From contig CAVWLW010000032.1 of the NCBI GenBank assembly GCA_963755715.1, positions 96,001-160,000 of the forward strand: DNA of 64,000 nt, read 5' to 3'. The translations under genes and the position numbers were made by a program. Shown here piece after piece: positions 60,569 to 64,000 of this stretch. Source of the stretch: an uncultured delta proteobacterium. GTDB taxonomy: Bacteria; Desulfobacterota; Binatia; UBA9968. Below the pieces are notes generated by a model that saw only the letters and a list, made by a program, of their open reading frames with translations, did no database searches and was not told the DNA's origin. Each line of letters starts with the position of its first letter. Positions within the stretch are counted from its first letter, which is position 1.

Positions 60569-63347
60569 ATGGCAGGGGGATCCAGAAATCTAATAGTTCT
60601 TTCGGACGGAACCGGCAATAGCGCGTCGAAGGCGTTCAAGACCAATGTATGGCGCCTTTATCAGGCCCTCAATCTGCGGGACGGAAAACAGGTCGCTGTG
60701 TTCGGCGACGGCGTCGGAACATCGAGCATTACGCTTCTGCGGATCATCGGCCTCGCGCTCGGCGTGGGGGTGAAGCGCAATGTGCTCAATCTCTACAAGT
60801 TCCTGTGCCACAACTACTGGCGGGAGGAAAAAGACGGCCGGACAGAGAGCGACCGCATCTGGATGTTCGGATTCAGCCGCGGCGCATTCACGATCCGCGT
60901 GCTCGCCGGTTTGGTGCATTCCGAAGGACTGGTCACGTTCGAGACCGAAGCGGATTTGGAAAGGAATGCGCTCGCCGCCTATCGCGCCTTTCGCAAAAAG
61001 GCTTTTCCTGCGAAGGCCTGGTGGGTCTTTTGGGTCCCGGTCGGGCGTTGGGTCCGCGACGTTTTGATTTCCTTGTGGCAACCTATCACGGGCGGCGTCC
61101 CATACGAGCATGTAGCAAAGCGTGAGAACATCGAAATCCATTTTGTTGGGGTGTGGGACACGGTCGCGGCCTATGGCCTGCCGATCGACGAACTCACGAT
61201 CGCGGTCGACAAATGGGTCTGGCCGATGAAGTTCGAAGATACCTCACTGCTGGAACGCGTGCGGCACGCGCGACATGCCTTGGCACTCGATGACGAGCGG
61301 CGAACCTTTTACCCAATCCCCTGGGACGAACGGGAGGAAAAGAAGCAGCGCGGCACGGTCGATCCCGATCGCCTCACGCAGGTCTGGTTTCCCGGTATGC
61401 ATGCCGATGTCGGCGGCGGATATCCGGACGATGGACTCTCATTCGTGCCGCTGTGCTGGATGATCGGCGAAGCGGAGAAGAAAGGGCTGAACTTCGAAAA
61501 ACTCATCGTCGAGACCTATCGGTCGCTCGCATCGCCGACTGGCCGCCTTTACGATTCACGCGGAGGGATCGTTGGCGCGCTGTGGCGCTATCAGCCACGC
61601 AATGTCCAGTTGCTGATGGACAAGAACGATGACACGGTCCCATTGGATAAAAGGGTCACGCCGCTGGTGCATCATTGCGCGGTGACGCGCATGACTTACG
61701 GCAATGACGGCTACGCGCCGAAGTCGCTGCCATTCAAGATCAACATTCTGCTGCCGAACGATGCGCGAATCCCGTTTGACACGAGCGAGGTCAATACCGC
61801 TTTGCAGACGGTCACCGATGCCCCCACGAAGACGGTGCTAACCGATCTCAAAACGCTGATTGAGACGGCGGAAGCTCAAGAAAAGCGCGGGCATTACTTC
61901 GCGTTGGTGCTCGACACGATCTGGTGGCGGCGGTGCGTCTATTTCGTCACGCTCGGACTGGCGTTGATCGCGCTCGCATTCCCGGTGATCTATGCGCTGC
62001 TCGATTGGGGCGACAAGACCGAAAAGATCAATCAGATCACGGGCGGCACTGTCGCTTACCTGCTCAGGCTCTTCAAAGGATTCATACCGAGTTTTGCGAG
62101 CCCGTGGGTCGATGCTGTTACGCAGGAGCCCCCAACCTGCCGTCAATATCGTCCTGCTTTTCATCATCAGTCTCGCGATCAGTGGCGTCCTGAAGCGCCG
62201 TATTCAGGACCGCGCCCGCGCCGCGTGGAACGTTCAGCCGAAGGTTGGCGATAAAAAGATCGATCGTTTGAGGCTCGCGGGGCAGCGCCATGCACTTGCG
62301 GCAGCGGCCGTCGTCCTCGCCATTGTCGCTTATTTCTCGTACGGGAATTGGAAGAGCTTTTGGGCGGCGGTCATCGGCGCAGTGCTGAGCGCGCTTGTCG
62401 TCTTCTTCCGAAGAAAAGAGCCCAAGAAAGTCGATCCAGCGAATCCGCCTGCCGCGTTATGGATCGCACGCGAGCTCAGAAACTCAAAAAAGGCCGTTGC
62501 TGCCTATCGCTGGGCCGCGCAAACTGGATTCCCTGCGCTCTTCATCCTGATCGTTGCCTGGCTCGCCGCGTCGGGGCTGAACCTTGGACTATACAACCTG
62601 CGAAGCACGAACGGCGCTTTCTGTGAGGCGGACGAGGTTGATAAAAACCAGACTGAGGAGGCGCGCAAGCAGGAAACGCAGCAGCGGGCCCTGAATGACA
62701 AGCTAGGCTCCGCAACTGTCGATATCAGTTCGCCATGCGCTCGCACTGGCCTGTGGCTCGTCGCCGGGCGGCAATACCGCATCCGGATCGAGCCTGGGGT
62801 CGCTGAGACTGCGCCAGGGACATTCGAGAAAAAGCCTGAATATGCCTGGTTCGACAAAGGCACGCCTGCCGATGTCGTCGGCTTTGGCGTTGATAGCCGC
62901 GCTCATTTCGCAGGGATGACGCTGAAGCACTGGTGGCGGGAAAACTACTTCCAGCCGATCGCGCGGGTTGGGAACATCGGCAATTACGAATATCCGCTCC
63001 ATCCTGCTGCGCCGCTTCCCAAGGTGGATTTTTCAACCTGCAAAGCGGACGCGCCAGCTGACGTTGAAAGCCCGGCGCCGGTGTCCGCGAGGCTAGAGGA
63101 ACTGGGCTGCGAGAAAAGGAAAGAAATCCAGCGAAACGAAGTGCTGATCGCCGACATCACGCCGGACTCGACCGGAGAGCTCTACATCTATGTCAACGAT
63201 GCCATTCTGTTTTGGGACAGTCGAGACCATCACAAGTTCTACAAGAACAACAGCGGCAAAGCGAAAGTCACCGTGACGCGGACTGTCGCGCCCGCGACAG
63301 TCGATTTCAATTCCGCCGAGGGCGGCAAACCGCAGCAACGCAATTGA
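60569..63347 (+). CDS. DUF2235 (Tle1-like alpha/beta hydrolase) membrane protein (frameshift near 62130)
   Basis: SDGTGN, TNV, GVGT, GFSRGA, WDTV, FPGMHADVGGG; TM helices and C-terminal domain continue in 61992-63347. Confidence 0.85.
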
Positions 63348-63442
63348 GGGATCTCGCAGGCGCGGGCCGCGGAGTAAAGAAGCAGGGATCAAGCCGCGCT
63401 GGTTTCAAGATCGGACTGCGCAAGCCAGTCAGCCTGAACGCT

Positions 63443-64000
63443 TCAGTTCTCAAGCACCTGTTTCATACGCCGCACCAAGTCCGGCGAGACGGCGCCCAGC
63501 TCTTTTCCCAGCGCGGTGATCGCTTCGCCGGTCGTGAGGCTCGGGTCGAGGCCGGCTTTTTTCGTTTCCGCGATAAAGTCGGTGTCGATCAACATCTTGG
63601 CGAAAGCGTCGCGCAAAATTTTGAGCCGGTCCGCGGGCAGGGCAGGCGGGCCGAAAAAGGGACGGCCGATTTCATCGGGCAGCACGAGGATTTTTGCCAG
63701 CTGCCGATCGGCGTCGCCGACTTTGTGTTTGTCCATCAATTCCCAGATCGTCGGCACTTCGGGGAGGTTGGGATAGCGCTTGCGTCCGCTTTGAGCGAGC
63801 GCGCGAACAAAGCCCGTCTTCGCCCAGGTCCGCGAAGGCTCGGTGCCGAAAAAGGCCTGCACGCTCCCGGCCCGACACTGTATCTCGCCGCGCTCGATCG
63901 CCAGGTTGGCTTCGGGCGAGCTCTGGTAGCCCGGCACCATGCTTAGCTTGAGCCCGAAGACTTCCTGCAGAAATCTCGGAAAATAATAATCGCCGGTGCC
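63443..64000 (-). CDS. Bug/TctC family substrate-binding protein, 5' part outside window
   Basis: VPGY...LAIERGE...PEVPTIWE...GRPFFGPP...LRDAFAKM. Confidence 0.8.
   Translation of the reverse strand, partial: GTGDYYFPRFLQEVFGLKLSMVPGYQSSPEANLAIERGEIQCRAGSVQAFFGTEPSRTWAKTGFVRALAQSGRKRYPNLPEVPTIWELMDKHKVGDADRQLAKILVLPDEIGRPFFGPPALPADRLKILRDAFAKMLIDTDFIAETKKAGLDPSLTTGEAITALGKELGAVSPDLVRRMKQVLEN

Noticed and set aside
62120-62140. Programmed ribosomal frameshift in the DUF2235 gene and other split genes
   Set aside because: No canonical slippery heptamer with a downstream structure; the genome-wide indel pattern points to sequencing error.

Overview
A GC-rich bacterial chromosomal segment. Its gene mix of many orphan substrate-binding proteins, CoA transferases, amidohydrolases and cupin/EutA-like genes resembles uncultured soil deltaproteobacteria such as Binatia; this taxonomy is inference only. 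About 50 CDS cover aromatic/CoA catabolism, transport, DNA repair (AlkA, LigC/Prim-Pol), ptsP, a toxin-antitoxin pair and secreted hypotheticals. I found no rRNA, tRNA, CRISPR, integrase or transposase. About ten genes carry single-base frameshifts, probably assembly indels. Most notable observations: (1) a tandem array of single-gene cargo modules separated by displaced 3' ends of a TctC/Bug gene (35-41.6 kb), including a 51-bp perfect direct repeat; (2) a short BoxB-like diiron epoxidase followed by a thioredoxin-like [2Fe-2S] ferredoxin and a NuoF-like flavoprotein instead of BoxA; (3) a bicupin + His-rich EutA-like ATPase pair with no eutBC; (4) a degenerate GIY-YIG-TM-SPOR fusion; (5) a 133-bp MITE with 17-bp TIRs and a 4-bp TSD inserted into a REP and itself carrying a REP; (6) several gene remnants (ureC, enolase-superfamily, SBP 3' end).
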